Positions 1 through 10,330 of a stretch of DNA of 64,000 nt are shown in pieces; positions within the stretch are counted from its first letter, which is position 1, and every line of letters starts with the position of its first letter. The notes beneath the pieces are model-generated. The model did no database searches and was not told the origin of the DNA. It was given only the letters and a program-made list of their open reading frames with translations. Source of the DNA: Lepisosteus oculatus (taxonomy: Eukaryota). The stretch is from positions 31,644,586 to 31,708,585 of the forward strand of contig NC_090710.1 of assembly GCF_040954835.1 (NCBI RefSeq), given 5' to 3'. The translations under genes and the position numbers were made by a program.

Positions 1-383
1 TATATAAAATATTAAAGCCCGGGAGATAATTTGGGCATGCTGGGATTTGCCCATTGTAGTCTTTTCGTTTGAGCATTTTTGTTTTCCCATTTTCTTTGTC
101 CTGAATTCCCCCCTTAACTTGGATTCGCCAACTAAAGCGCAGGGCTAATGCTTATTATCAGCATGTCTTGAAAGAGGTGTAATCGGTGTCCCTGCTGAAC
201 GATTGATGTCCTTAAGCACAGTAATAAAATTCACTATGCATGATTCACTATTCGCTGTAGTGAGTTGTACCGCCGGACAGGTTCGAAGGGGACTCTTGCG
301 ATGAGTGGTCCCTGTGCACACCTCTGCTGGTGACCAGTGTGAGGCCTAACCAATGGTCCGCCTGCCTGGCAACGTCTTCCCAG

Positions 384-716
384 GCGCCCCAGCGGTGCGA
401 GACAGCTTCGACGTGGATCAGAGCCCCTCGGGCGAGGCGGAGGAGCGGCCCGACCGGGCGGACGAGCCTCCGGAGCCGTGGGAGAAGAGGCCGGAGGACC
501 GCAAGGAGCGGGCGGGCGACGCGCGGGACCGCTGGGAGAGGAGGCCGGAGGCGGTGGCGTCCCCGGAGCCGGGGGACGAGGTGGTGGGCAGGTGGAGCTC
601 CGGTGTCCAGAGGGAGCGCAGGAGGAGGCGGGAGGACAGCGAGCCTCGGCTCTACATCGCCTGCGACGAGAGCCACGACGCGCAGGACCCCCTCGCTCAC
701 GCGGACAAGGGCCCAG
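384..716 (+). CDS. MPHOSPH8: MPHOSPH8 internal exon, charged E/R/D/P-rich low-complexity region. The 5' boundary is uncertain (acceptor at 381-383 or 390-392)
   Basis: The open frame (ORF 353..745) is preceded by an in-frame TAA at 347-349, so the exon must start after position 349. Acceptor candidates are cttcccAG|gcgccccAG|. Donor is CCAG|gtagcg at 716/717, and phase-1 continuity into the next exon gives ...KGP-D-RGQ... Confidence 0.5.
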
Positions 717-1070
717 GTAGCGCCGCTGACCGCCCTGACCGCTGACCACACTGAGCTGCGAAGCCTCGCGCGTGCCCGTCTGGGGACGGTGGGCGGGGAC
801 GTGTTTCCGTGGCACAGTGTTGTCCGTCTCCTCGAGCGACTCTGGAAGATCTGTCTTTTTACACGGTGCAGTCATGTGACGATCACACCAGGGGACACTG
901 GTTGGCACGGGGTTTGCAGGGATTGCTTTTTCCCCTTTATTTTGACCCTTTTGCTTTAGAATCTTGCGGTTCGGTTTTTAAATTACGAGACCCTTGTTGG
1001 CAAGCGAGGTTGTTTTCTGCGACATGAATCCTGTGACGTATCGATATGTATTTTTCCACTTTTGTTACAG

Positions 1071-1193
1071 ACAGAGGTCAGCCTGTTCTAAATCTGGGTA
1101 TGGACCTTAAACTTGACTGGATGACCGTGGAAGACTTCCAGAAACATCTGAATGGGCAAGATGACATCCTCTCGGCTGCGACTATATCATCCA
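1071..1193 (+). CDS. MPHOSPH8: MPHOSPH8 exon (..RGQPVLNLGMDLKLDWMTVEDFQKHLNGQDDILSAATISS)
   Basis: Acceptor ttgttacAG at 1069-1070, donor gtgagt at 1194, frame continuous with neighbouring exons. Confidence 0.8.
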
Positions 1194-1310
1194 GTGAGTG
1201 ATGGTGACGGATTCAGGATATTGCATGTCCTGCTTAGAAGAAAAAGCATCTGCTTTGCTATTAACTTTTTACAGATGGATACCGATTTATTTTCTCTTCT
1301 GCTCTTTAAG

Positions 1311-1399
1311 GTGAACTTCGGGAGTCCGTGAAAAGTGGAGATTACTTGACCGTGAAACTTGCCCTGAATTCTAAAGAGGATTATAATTTGGATCAGGAG
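1311..1399 (+). CDS. MPHOSPH8: MPHOSPH8 exon (ELRESVKSGDYLTVKLALNSKEDYNLDQE)
   Basis: Acceptor ctctttaAG at 1309-1310, donor GAG|gtactt at 1400, phase consistent. Confidence 0.8.
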
Positions 1400-1718
1400 G
1401 TACTTGTTTTAATTTAGGGGAGGAGTTAGCAATGATGTGCGTACACAAGTTTGTGTGGCTGAGTTCACTGGAATGAGTGAGTGGTCTTGTTGTCTAATGT
1501 TTAAAATGGGAGTGGGGGGGAGGAGGGGAGCTTGATTTATTGCAAGTCACCTCTCCCACATTGTTAACAGTAGCAAAGTCCAGGCACTTCAGAAGTCTAC
1601 GGAAATCAAGACTGATACACGAGCGTTCTGGCAGTTGGCGTGCGCTCCTAACCTTGCTTCAGTGTGAAACCCTGCCGAGCTCACCGTGTGCCGCGCGGCG
1701 CGGCGCTGTGCTCCCCAG

Positions 1719-1859
1719 GACTCCAGCGGCATGTCCCTGGCGATGCTGGCTGCTGCGGGGGGACAGGACGACATCCTGCGGCTGCTCATCACGAAGGGCG
1801 TGAAGCTGAACGCCCGGCAGAAGGCCGGCACCACTGCGCTCATGCACGCGGCCGAGAAG
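1719..1859 (+). CDS. MPHOSPH8: MPHOSPH8 exon, ankyrin repeat 1 (DSSGMSLAMLAAAGGQDDILRLLITKGVKLNARQKAGTTALMHAAEK)
   Basis: Acceptor ctccccAG at 1717-1718, donor AAG|gtatgc at 1860. The translation contains the ankyrin consensus G-TALM-AA--G---I---LL--GA. Confidence 0.8.
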
Positions 1860-2363
1860 GTATGCTGTCTTGCTTCTGACCCCGTACGGGTTCCTCGCAC
1901 ACAGGGAGAGGAGACGGCTTCTCTGCCGCCAGCTCAGGCATCCGATGGGCACTAAGACTGCCCGCTCATGCCTTGAGAGCTGGGGGTCGCCGTGTAGGAT
2001 GCTGAGATAACGCTATTCATGTGGCTCTTCCGTCAGTCTTGTGACATGTGCATGACCTTCCAATTTCATGCACTGTAAAATATCTGAACTTCTGTCCCGT
2101 GCAGCTGTGATTCAGTCATTTGATCGGTCTTGCTAATGTTTTACTGAACATTGAGTTACACATGTATCATGTCTGTAGGCGTGTATACAAAGCTATTCTA
2201 AATATCATTTGCTTTTTTTCCCCCCAGTATTAAACTATTTTTAACATGTAAGAATACATTTTTCTGAAATGAATGACTTGGGTATGCTCGGGAAGGTATA
2301 TTGTACCTGGATTTGATACTCCATTCAGTTCTTTTCATTTCCTTTTTTATTTTTTGAAATCAG

Positions 2364-2450
2364 AATTTTTTGCCGACGGTGGCGATTCTTCTGGAGGCTG
2401 GGGCCTACGTCAATGCACAGCAGTCCAGCGGGGAGACCGCTCTCATGAAG
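2364..2450 (+). CDS. MPHOSPH8: MPHOSPH8 exon, ankyrin repeat 2 (NFLPTVAILLEAGAYVNAQQSSGETALMK)
   Basis: Acceptor gaaatcAG at 2362-2363, donor AAG|gtgaac at 2451. Confidence 0.8.
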
Positions 2451-3378
2451 GTGAACTGGAGGGGTTGTCTCGCTTCTTTTAGAAGTCAATTCTCACAAAA
2501 CAAGGGTTCTACATGTTATTTGACTCGCCAGTTGTGTGATGTACTAAACTTGCAGTGAAATTCTAATCCCGAATGCAGTCATTAGGGACTGCCCTTTTCT
2601 AAAGAACGCACACGTGTAACAGCTTGTCTGTAAAGGAACACGTAAAGGTTTATTCCCTGCTGGAAAGAGAAGAAAGAAAACAACGTTTCGGCTGTGGAGC
2701 CTTCTCCCATAGCTTGTTTGTTGTGAACTTGTTAGTAAATAAAGGTGCACCACCAATTGGTAGCATTATCAGAATGGCTATTGATATTGTAAAATTGCGC
2801 ACTTGGCAGCTTGTAGGGAATCTGTTACGTGTAATGTATACCAGCGTTTGTTTAAATGTCCTACTACACATCATGTGTTTTTTATTCTCTTTTTGATTAT
2901 GCAGAGACGGGGAGATGAGATTTTGTTAGTGGTTTTGATGTGGATATTTTTGTAAATTGGCGAACGCAGCAAACCTCATTATTGTAATTACTGTCGTTTT
3001 CTGCAGAGCAGCCCTGGGTACAATTAATTTTAAATTTTGAAGCCTGTCTTCAAAATTTTAAGTATAGCCCTTCAGCTTTTCAGATTGCATTGAGATCTAC
3101 AAAATGAACATGAATTCATAAATAGGAATCTGTTGTAGTATAAAAACAGCAGGAATTGATTTTCATAGGTTCCTGAAAGTTTAAATGAAGGTGAATATGT
3201 AATCATAAGGTACTGGTATTAGCCAGCAAAACTTTAGCTGGTAAACTCTTTATAAAGCCTGTGAAAGGTACTTAATTTTCCTGGTAAACTGGAGGTGCTG
3301 TACACTCCTGGATATTTCTGTGTGCGGCTAGACTCCAGCTTAATCACAACGTTATATCCCGGATTTATTTTTTTTCAG

Positions 3379-3533
3379 GCATGCAGGAAGGGGAATGCTG
3401 AGATTGTGCGTCTCCTTCTGGAGTATGGGGCCGACTGCAACATCCTGTCCAAACACCAGAACAGCGCGCTGCATTTCGCCAAGCTCAGCAATAACGTCCT
3501 GGTGTACGACTTGATCAAGTCCCACATGGACAC
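3379..3533 (+). CDS. MPHOSPH8: MPHOSPH8 exon, ankyrin repeats 3-4 (ACRKGNAEIVRLLLEYGADCNILSKHQNSALHFAKLSNNVLVYDLIKSHMDT)
   Basis: Acceptor ttttttcAG at 3377-3378, donor AC|gtgagt at 3534. Confidence 0.8.
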
Positions 3534-4026
3534 GTGAGTGCTTCCTGTCCTGTCTCTTTCGCCGGCGCGTGTGGTGCTTTTGTCATCTGTGAAACTTGGG
3601 GTGCACTCTGTATCAAGCCTATGGCATAGCAAGGCAGAACTTGGTCCTAGAAAAGGATGTTGGAGGAGGGATGATGGTAGTGGAGTTGTTTATGGTGGAT
3701 TCTCAAATTTAAGATAATCATGTGGCATTAGAAGTAGTTTACAATGGAAAATGAATTAAAATACATGAGAACATGGATATTTTGAGATGGCTTCGTTAAG
3801 TAAGTTTTTATTTTGTTGGTGAGCTTGAAAAACCTTCTTGAAAAACTGCCCAGCTGATGCAGCTCATCTGGCCGTTGGCTTGTGTTGCAGTGTCCGGCAG
3901 GAAATGCCACAAAGTACTTACTGAGTGCGCTACTCGTGTCGCATGCCCGGGCCTTCTCACAATCGTGTACACAGGCAAGCACAGCTAGCGTGCTCGGGGT
4001 AAGAGTGGTGTGCTGTGTGTGCCCAG

Positions 4027-4178
4027 GCTGTCGAGTGTGGCGGAGGACACCATCCGGGATTACTTCGAGACCCGCCTGGCTCTGCTGGAGCCCGTGTTCC
4101 CCTTAGCCTGCCACAGACTCTGTGAGGGGCCGGACTTTTCCCTGGAGTTCAACTACAAATCCCACAGTCCAACTGAAG
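4027..4178 (+). CDS. MPHOSPH8: MPHOSPH8 exon (LSSVAEDTIRDYFETRLALLEPVFPLACHRLCEGPDFSLEFNYKSHSPTEG)
   Basis: Acceptor tgtgcccAG at 4025-4026, donor GAAG|gtacgg at 4179, phase-2 entry matches the previous exon. Confidence 0.8.
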
Positions 4179-4741
4179 GTACGGAGAGAAAGCTTTCAAT
4201 ACACGTGCGTAATGCTGTTTTGGTTAAATTAATCGCATGTAAATAACTAGGTGATGCAAATCTAAGACTTGTATTGGGGATTTAAAAAAAAAAACCCTGT
4301 TTCCTGCCAGACGTGCAGTTTTGTCTCGGTGTCTCCATGCCTGGCGGCAGGGGCTGTCCTCCGCCTGCGTCTCTGCAGGTTCTCACCTTGGCGTGACTCG
4401 GGGAGCAGTGGCGCGGCGGTGGTGTTGTGGGTAGTGCCGCAGCGCCTGATTCCGGATTCTTGCGTGGAGTTTGTGTGGAATTTGTTACTCGTCCAGTGTC
4501 CACCCACCTTTCAGAGGCATGCCGGCTGGGCAGCTTGGCGTTTCGTGTGTGTGTCCCAGCCAGGGCGCACCTTCTGCTTTATCCTTTTGGAATAGTCTTC
4601 GGGATGCTGCGACCTTTACTGGGAATAAGCAGCCTTCTGGTGATGGACTCCGAGAGGTCAAAGATCTCGGGAAAAGTCTGAGACCATAGAATTGTCTTGG
4701 GAAGTGCTCGAACCTGAAGTGTTGCCTTTTTTCCTTTTCAG

Positions 4742-4872
4742 GGTCTGGGATTCTCCTGTTCATATTCCACGCAAATTTCTTTGGTGGCAACGAGATCACA
4801 GCGAGGCTGTGTGGGCCCTGTAGTGTACAAGCAGTGGTTCTCAATGATAAGTTCCAGCTGCCTGTATTTCTG
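4742..4872 (+). CDS. MPHOSPH8: MPHOSPH8 exon (SGILLFIFHANFFGGNEITARLCGPCSVQAVVLNDKFQLPVFL)
   Basis: Acceptor ttccttttcAG at 4740-4741, donor CTG|gtaagc at 4873. Confidence 0.8.
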
Positions 4873-5552
4873 GTAAGCATAGCGTTCTCCTCATTTACAC
4901 AGGACCATGAAGGAAAATTGAAGTGGTTCCAAGCTCTTGTGATGCAATCCTCAACAGGTCAGGTGTGGCCTTGCTGTCAAGGTTGTAGTGCTTCCAGTTT
5001 TCTTGTGCAAAACGAGTCTTGACATAAGTCACTTGTGCATAACGTTTTGTAATTGAATTGCTGTCTTACCTCCCATAGTGAGCAACTGGCTTATGGTGCA
5101 CACTTTTCTGTGGTTGTGCAATTCATCATAAAAACTAATCTTTCATTTGTTCTGAAATGTGGAAGGACTATTGTGGTAAAGGAGTAAGATGCTAGGCTAG
5201 AAGGTCCATTCTTTTACAGTTCACATTCATTTTCTGGATATCCTGCTAATCAGGTTTGCAATGAATGGACCTTCTTGGATATAATTGATTAGGAATGTCC
5301 TTTCCAGACAAAAGAGCACTGGAACCTCTGTAACATTGCTCTCATCACTTTTGGAAAGTCTTATTGGAGTGGATGGTTTGCTTAAAAATGTGCAATATTG
5401 CGATGGAGACCTACCCCTGACTTAAGTATTTTGGAGATATTTTTTTGAGGGTGTTTTCAGTGAAATCTTAAACCCGCAATGACTGATCAGCTAAAATGCA
5501 AATCTAGGTGAAAGAATGATAATGCTTTTTTTCCCCTCCATCTGTCTTCTAG

Positions 5553-5636
5553 GACAGCCATTTCATTTACTCCTTCAGCCCTGTGCAAGGAATGAATAAA
5601 CTCTTTATAAGGCTGTGTGAAGCTCCAACAGCAAAG
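5553..5636 (+). CDS. MPHOSPH8: MPHOSPH8 exon (DSHFIYSFSPVQGMNKLFIRLCEAPTAK)
   Basis: Acceptor tgtcttctAG at 5551-5552, donor AAG|gtaaga at 5637. Confidence 0.8.
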
Positions 5637-5749
5637 GTAAGAGCCAGGCTTCGTTTTAAGATGGGAATGTTTCATGTTGCAGTGATTTAAGTGCTGCACA
5701 TAGGAATTTAGTCTCCTGACTGAAGACGACATTATTTTTTCTATTTCAG

Positions 5750-5791
5750 GTTAAGCTTTTAATTAGCGCATATAGAGTGCAGCTGCAGTAA
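5750..5791 (+). CDS. MPHOSPH8: MPHOSPH8 terminal coding segment (VKLLISAYRVQLQ*). The exon continues into the 3'UTR
   Basis: Acceptor tctatttcAG at 5748-5749, in-frame TAA at 5789-5791. A possible AATAAA lies near 7483-7488 but was not assigned. Confidence 0.75.
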   Translation, partial: VKLLISAYRVQLQ

Positions 5792-8700
5792 GGAAGAGAA
5801 AGCTCCATGTTTGCTCTATGGTAGAACCGGACCTCCACCGGCTGCTGACTGCGAAGAGAGGGGGGGACATTTCCACACCCCGGGTGTCTGAAGGCTCGGA
5901 GCCAGCGGTTTGCTTCTCCGAAGATGAGATTAAAGTAACAGGAAATGCATGGGGAGGGTTAATTTAATTTCCAAGGCCAGTAGAGCGCTCTTCCCGAATG
6001 TTAACAGCTTTCAGGAGACGGGCTGTGATCTGGCGATGTGGGTCCAGCGCTGGTGCCAGCTCTGTACATAGGTTTGGTCTGAGGGGTCTGGAGTGTCTCG
6101 AGGGGCTCGGGGAGCTTGTCGGGAGTGGGTCAGCAGTGGGGTCTCGTGCGCCGGCGTGGGCGAGGCGAGGGCGGGGGGTGTTCTGCACCGACAGCCCGCG
6201 GGGGGCTTCCGATCCCTGAATCATTCGTTTCCGGACCAAGCTGTTAATCCGCCCCACGCCATTTTACAACAAATATTTTCTCTGCAGAGAGACCTTCTGG
6301 GTTTTGCCTTTTATGGATGTTTATTTATTTTTTGTTCCTCATTCAGCAAGTGCATTGATAGAGGCGGGGGGGTGGGGGGTGGAGAGCTGCCTCAAGGGCC
6401 ACAGCTCGCTCTCCAGACAGGGGAATGGGCGAGGAGGCGCGTCCTTCATATAACCATTTCTTTGGGGCGAAATGTTTTACAAGAGCAGCATGACCAAGCA
6501 AGATTTAATCCTGTGTCCAGGGGTCTGTGTAAGGTGACCTGAAGGTCCCAGTTTGTTCAGGAGCTCGTTGGGTTAAAGAGTAACGATTCTCCAGGCAGAA
6601 GTGATTGACCTGTTGGTTAAAATGCAGTATGAAGCTGCCGTCTTCTATTACGATTACAGTTTAATTGAACAGGTGTTGTTACAGCTGCAGCCTCTCTCTA
6701 TGGCTGTTATTCACAAAACCTTAGACCTTAAGAGTCCAAGTTGTAGCTTCCTGGGGGATTAGTTGAAATCTTTCAGTAAATTACTATAATATTTATTTCC
6801 CATGTTTCTATGGATGGAAGTGTTTTCCTAATTTTACATTTGAGGTTGTCATCCTAATGTGGGGGAAGTATGCTTCCCCAAGAGCTTTTTTGTTTAAATT
6901 GCACTGTGAGCAGAATTGATCATTTATCGCCAAATTACCATTAAAATCCCTGCGGAAGCTATGTCCTACAAACTTCAGTGTCATTTTTATGCAGTACCCA
7001 GGTCTAAAGATCTGTTGCACATTTATCTGCAATACTTTTGTTTGCAGAACAAAAACTTGTAAACATGCGGTTCAGCCCGTCTGGCGGGCGATTAATCCAA
7101 AGCTCTAACCCTGCCTTCTCGTCAGACGGCCGCACCAGCAGGGCATGCTGGGGGCTTGTTCCAGGCTGCGTGACCATTTGTGTGACAGTTGAGAGCAGTG
7201 GGGGATTCGCGTTTCTCTCTCTGAAGAGATCAAGGTACTTGCAAAGCAGGATCTTTGTTTTTGTGTTTTGTGCCCAACTGGGCTATACGTGTTCTAGTAA
7301 GAGGTAATTATGTGCATTTTTATTTGAACGGTTAAGTCTGGTCTTGCCTAACTTTTATAAAATCAGCACAATAACTTTTTGCATCTGTCTGAATTGGAGT
7401 TAAATTAAAGCAGCGCTAGACCATTTTAAACTCGCATGCTTGTCTGTTGAATGCTCTCTGGACAATTGTACAAAAAATAAAAAAATCGTGTTGAGATCGA
7501 AGGGTGGCATTTTCCACAGGCTTGGAAGCCGTTCTGTTTTAACATTTATTCCTAGATGTTCAGTTAGTCTCTTTTGTCCCTGAATACTATGTTGTAAAAT
7601 GTCTGCATTGCAGACCCCTTTTTGCAGCTATTTTAAAGCTTCTGGGTCTGACTTGCAGACGTCATTGTGGCCCAGTTCATACCCGACAGGAAAGCAAGCA
7701 TTTCTGCATAGTCCAGATTGAATACAGAATGTTTAGGTAGAGCATCCGTCTTGGAAAACAGAACATGATCATTAAACTAATGATTTGTAAGTACTTTTCC
7801 TGGGCTTTATTTTGTCAGAAGTATTTGACTTCTTATTTCTATCTGCGTATCATGGGTTATAGTTATGCTCCACGAAGCTTAATTTTATCTACTGCAAATT
7901 ATGGCTTTAGTAGGAATGTTTCATTTCAGATTTTTCAGTAACTACGCTTACCTGTTAGGGCTGTTATTGACTGAATTTAAGAGGGAACTCTAAGCATATT
8001 TTCAGGTTACTGCTTTAAGACTCCTAAAATTTAAAGAATACACACGAGTTTCATTACATTTAAAGTTTGTTCCTGTACATCTCCTTTGTGAAGTGATGCT
8101 GCGTGTCCTCATGGACACTGGTTGTGCAGTAAGCCAAGTGCCTTCTTGATCAGGGGCGTGAAGAAAGGACAGCATGGTAATATCCATTTAATGAATTTAG
8201 CTGTAAGCACTGTGCAGCAGAGACTAACGATTCTGGGGTGTATGAGCTTTGGCAGCAGGAAACTGTGGGTCATCCCAAACGTAAAATCAAACCAAACTTT
8301 GGGGGGGGAAACCTCTCAAATCACACTACACATTTTAAGTAGTGTTAATGTATTCATACAGGTAAACATTTCAGTTAGTTTCAAAGATCCAATATTTAAC
8401 AATCTTCTTTCAAAGAATTTAAGAGACCTGCTGCTATCCTTGAATTGTCACTGCTTTATATGAGTGATTTCCACCTTTGGTGCTTGTTGAAACACCTTCA
8501 TCCCTTCAGGCTTTTTTGTTTTGCTACAAACTGGTTTGTACTTCTGCATTTTCACTGTGACCTGGGTACAGTCAATCTTTTTCTTTTGGAATTATAAAGT
8601 TTGAAGTGGCTCATGTTTCCTTTTACGTTGCAATGGCTGTCCACTTCATTTTTGCAAATATAAAAATGTATTTAAGCTATTACCAACCTTACAAAATGCT

Positions 8701-9860
8701 GGTTTATGTTTTTGCATTAAAAATAATGCATCTTTATAAAAATATGGCCTGTTGTGTTTTTGAACACCTGAAACATCTGAGGTATTAAGATGAGCTGAAG
8801 CCTTATGTCCCTTTTCTGTTCTGTCATTTGCTTCAGTACAATTATGATAAAGGACAGGTGGCCTTCTCCAGCCATTTACACTTAGCATTTATCCATTTTT
8901 CCCTAAGAGTGCTTTTTTGCCAATTACAACAGACCAAGCAGTGACTTAACTCCCCAAATGCATGTAAAAAAAATGAAGGACAGCATGCTGAATTGTTTAA
9001 CATTTTAAGAAAATCTGTTATAAATTCTAAAATTGGCTTATGGTGCATTTGCTTTGGAAATGGGCTGTGCCTTATTCAAAGTTAATCTTGGTCTCTTCAG
9101 AATGTTTAGTCTCTAGACTCTAGAAGTGGTTTTCAGGTGACTGAAATCTGCAATTGGATGTTTAAATATAGGCCTCATTTACTATTGTGTATACCTTTAG
9201 AGACCGTCTTAACAAGGGAGAGTTCCCCAATACAGATAATGTGCAAGAAAATGAGAATTCTTTAGTTGTATGCATGTTAATCTCCTTTAGTGTGTGCAAG
9301 GACCTTTCCAATGGAAAAGCACACCTTATACACAGATTCTAATAACTAACATTGCAGCAGGAGTGGCTGGGCTACCAGACCCATTACTGGAGTGGTGTGG
9401 GTTCAGATCCAGGTAAGACCAATTTTGTTGAACAAGTGGAAACAAGCCACCTCCAAAGGAATTAATAATAAAATGCATCTTATGCTCATAGTACTGTTCA
9501 AAAACATGACAGAAGTGGACTTTAGCTGCTACATCATTTATGATGAAGGCAACAACTTCACAAAAACAGAATAAAAGCTCTTTAAAACAACTGGCAGATG
9601 GTAAACTTAAAAAAAGACACCAGATGGTTCAGCATTTCAACTTTATTAGATGTGGCAAGCCATTCATATTTAACTGGATATTCTGCAACACAAAAAAAAT
9701 ACAAGTGCAGTCATTTCAGTTCCTCATGATTGGCAGGGAAGGGAGAGACTTAACATCCACATCCTACAAGAATCTGAGAAAACACGAAGTATAGTAAGAG
9801 GAAAATGTGAGGACATAAGTGACTGATTTTGGCATATACAGCTGCAAAAAAGAGGTAACA

Positions 9861-10040
9861 TGGTGGTGCAGTGGCTGGCTTTGCAGCCTTACAGCACCGT
9901 GGCACCACTATCTGTGTGGAGCCTGCATGTTCCCTCTGACCCTGGTGCGAGTGTGTGCCCTTTGAGAGAGCAGTGTCCCAGCCAGGGTGTATCCTACCTT
10001 GTGCCTGTGGCTTGCTGGGGTGGGCTCGTTCTAGAAGACT
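9861..10040 (+). mobile_element. tRNA-derived SINE of the widespread fish V-SINE/DANA-like type, 5' part
   Basis: tggtggtgcagtggctggctttgcagccttacagcaccgtgg...tgtgtggagcctgcatgttccctc resembles the consensus GGTGGCGCAGTGG...CCTCACAGCA...TGTGTGGAGTTTGCATGTTCTCC. Confidence 0.6.
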
Positions 10041-10180
10041 GAGTGATTATATAACAAAATGTCAGGCTAAACTAGTACACCGCTGCGTACAGCACAAATG
10101 CATATGATTCATATTGACTACACAACCCTGAGTGTTCCAAATGTTGTTCAATTACAATACCGGCAACACAGGTTTTTGTA

Positions 10181-10330
10181 CAGTGCCTTGCAAAACTATT
10201 CAAACCCTTATCTATGGTGTCACATTTTGTTAAATAAAATAACTTTTTAAATATTTAATTCCTGGCCAAATTTCCCATTGGCCTTTACCAATCATGGCCT
10301 CCTAATTATCCCCCTCTCTGAACTGGCCTC
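10181..10330 (+). mobile_element. Tc1-like terminal inverted-repeat fragment (TACAGTGCCTTGCAAAACTATTCAAACCC)
   Basis: Matches the fish Tc1 terminal-repeat family. The same motif recurs at 16013 and 52601. Confidence 0.55.

Larger units (their letters stand above)
384..5791 (+). other. MPHOSPH8: Gene span: 3' portion of an MPHOSPH8 (M-phase phosphoprotein 8)-like gene, partial, running from an internal exon to the stop codon
   Basis: Ten consecutive plus-strand exons with canonical AG/GT splice sites keep one reading frame through to TAA at 5789-5791. The spliced product reads ...LYIACDESHDAQDPLAHADKGPDRGQPVLNLGMDLKLDWMTVEDFQKHLNGQDD..., then ankyrin repeats (...TALMHAAEKNFLPTVAILLEAGAYVNAQQSSGETALMKACRKGNAEIVRLLLEYGADCNILSKHQNSALHFAK...), then ...SGILLFIFHANFFGGNEITARLCGPCSVQAVVLNDKFQLPVFLDSHFIYSFSPVQGMNKLFIRLCEAPTAKVKLLISAYRVQLQ*. 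This closely matches my recollection of the human MPP8 C-terminal half. It is also tail-to-tail with PSPC1, which matches the human arrangement as I recall it. Confidence 0.75.

Noticed and set aside
234-959. Several long ORFs on both strands (234..908 -, 248..751 -, 330..959 +, 478..720 +) over the GC-rich exon
   Set aside because: They are alternative frames and the antisense of the MPHOSPH8 charged-region exon. Their low-complexity R/P/G-rich translations are what GC-rich DNA typically yields. Only the 353..745 plus frame splices coherently into downstream exons.
9360-9420. Exon-like block ending cagatccag|gtaagacc
   Set aside because: It contains a tRNA B-box-like motif (GGTTCAGATCC). 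More likely a SINE head fragment than an exon, and it has no coherent ORF.
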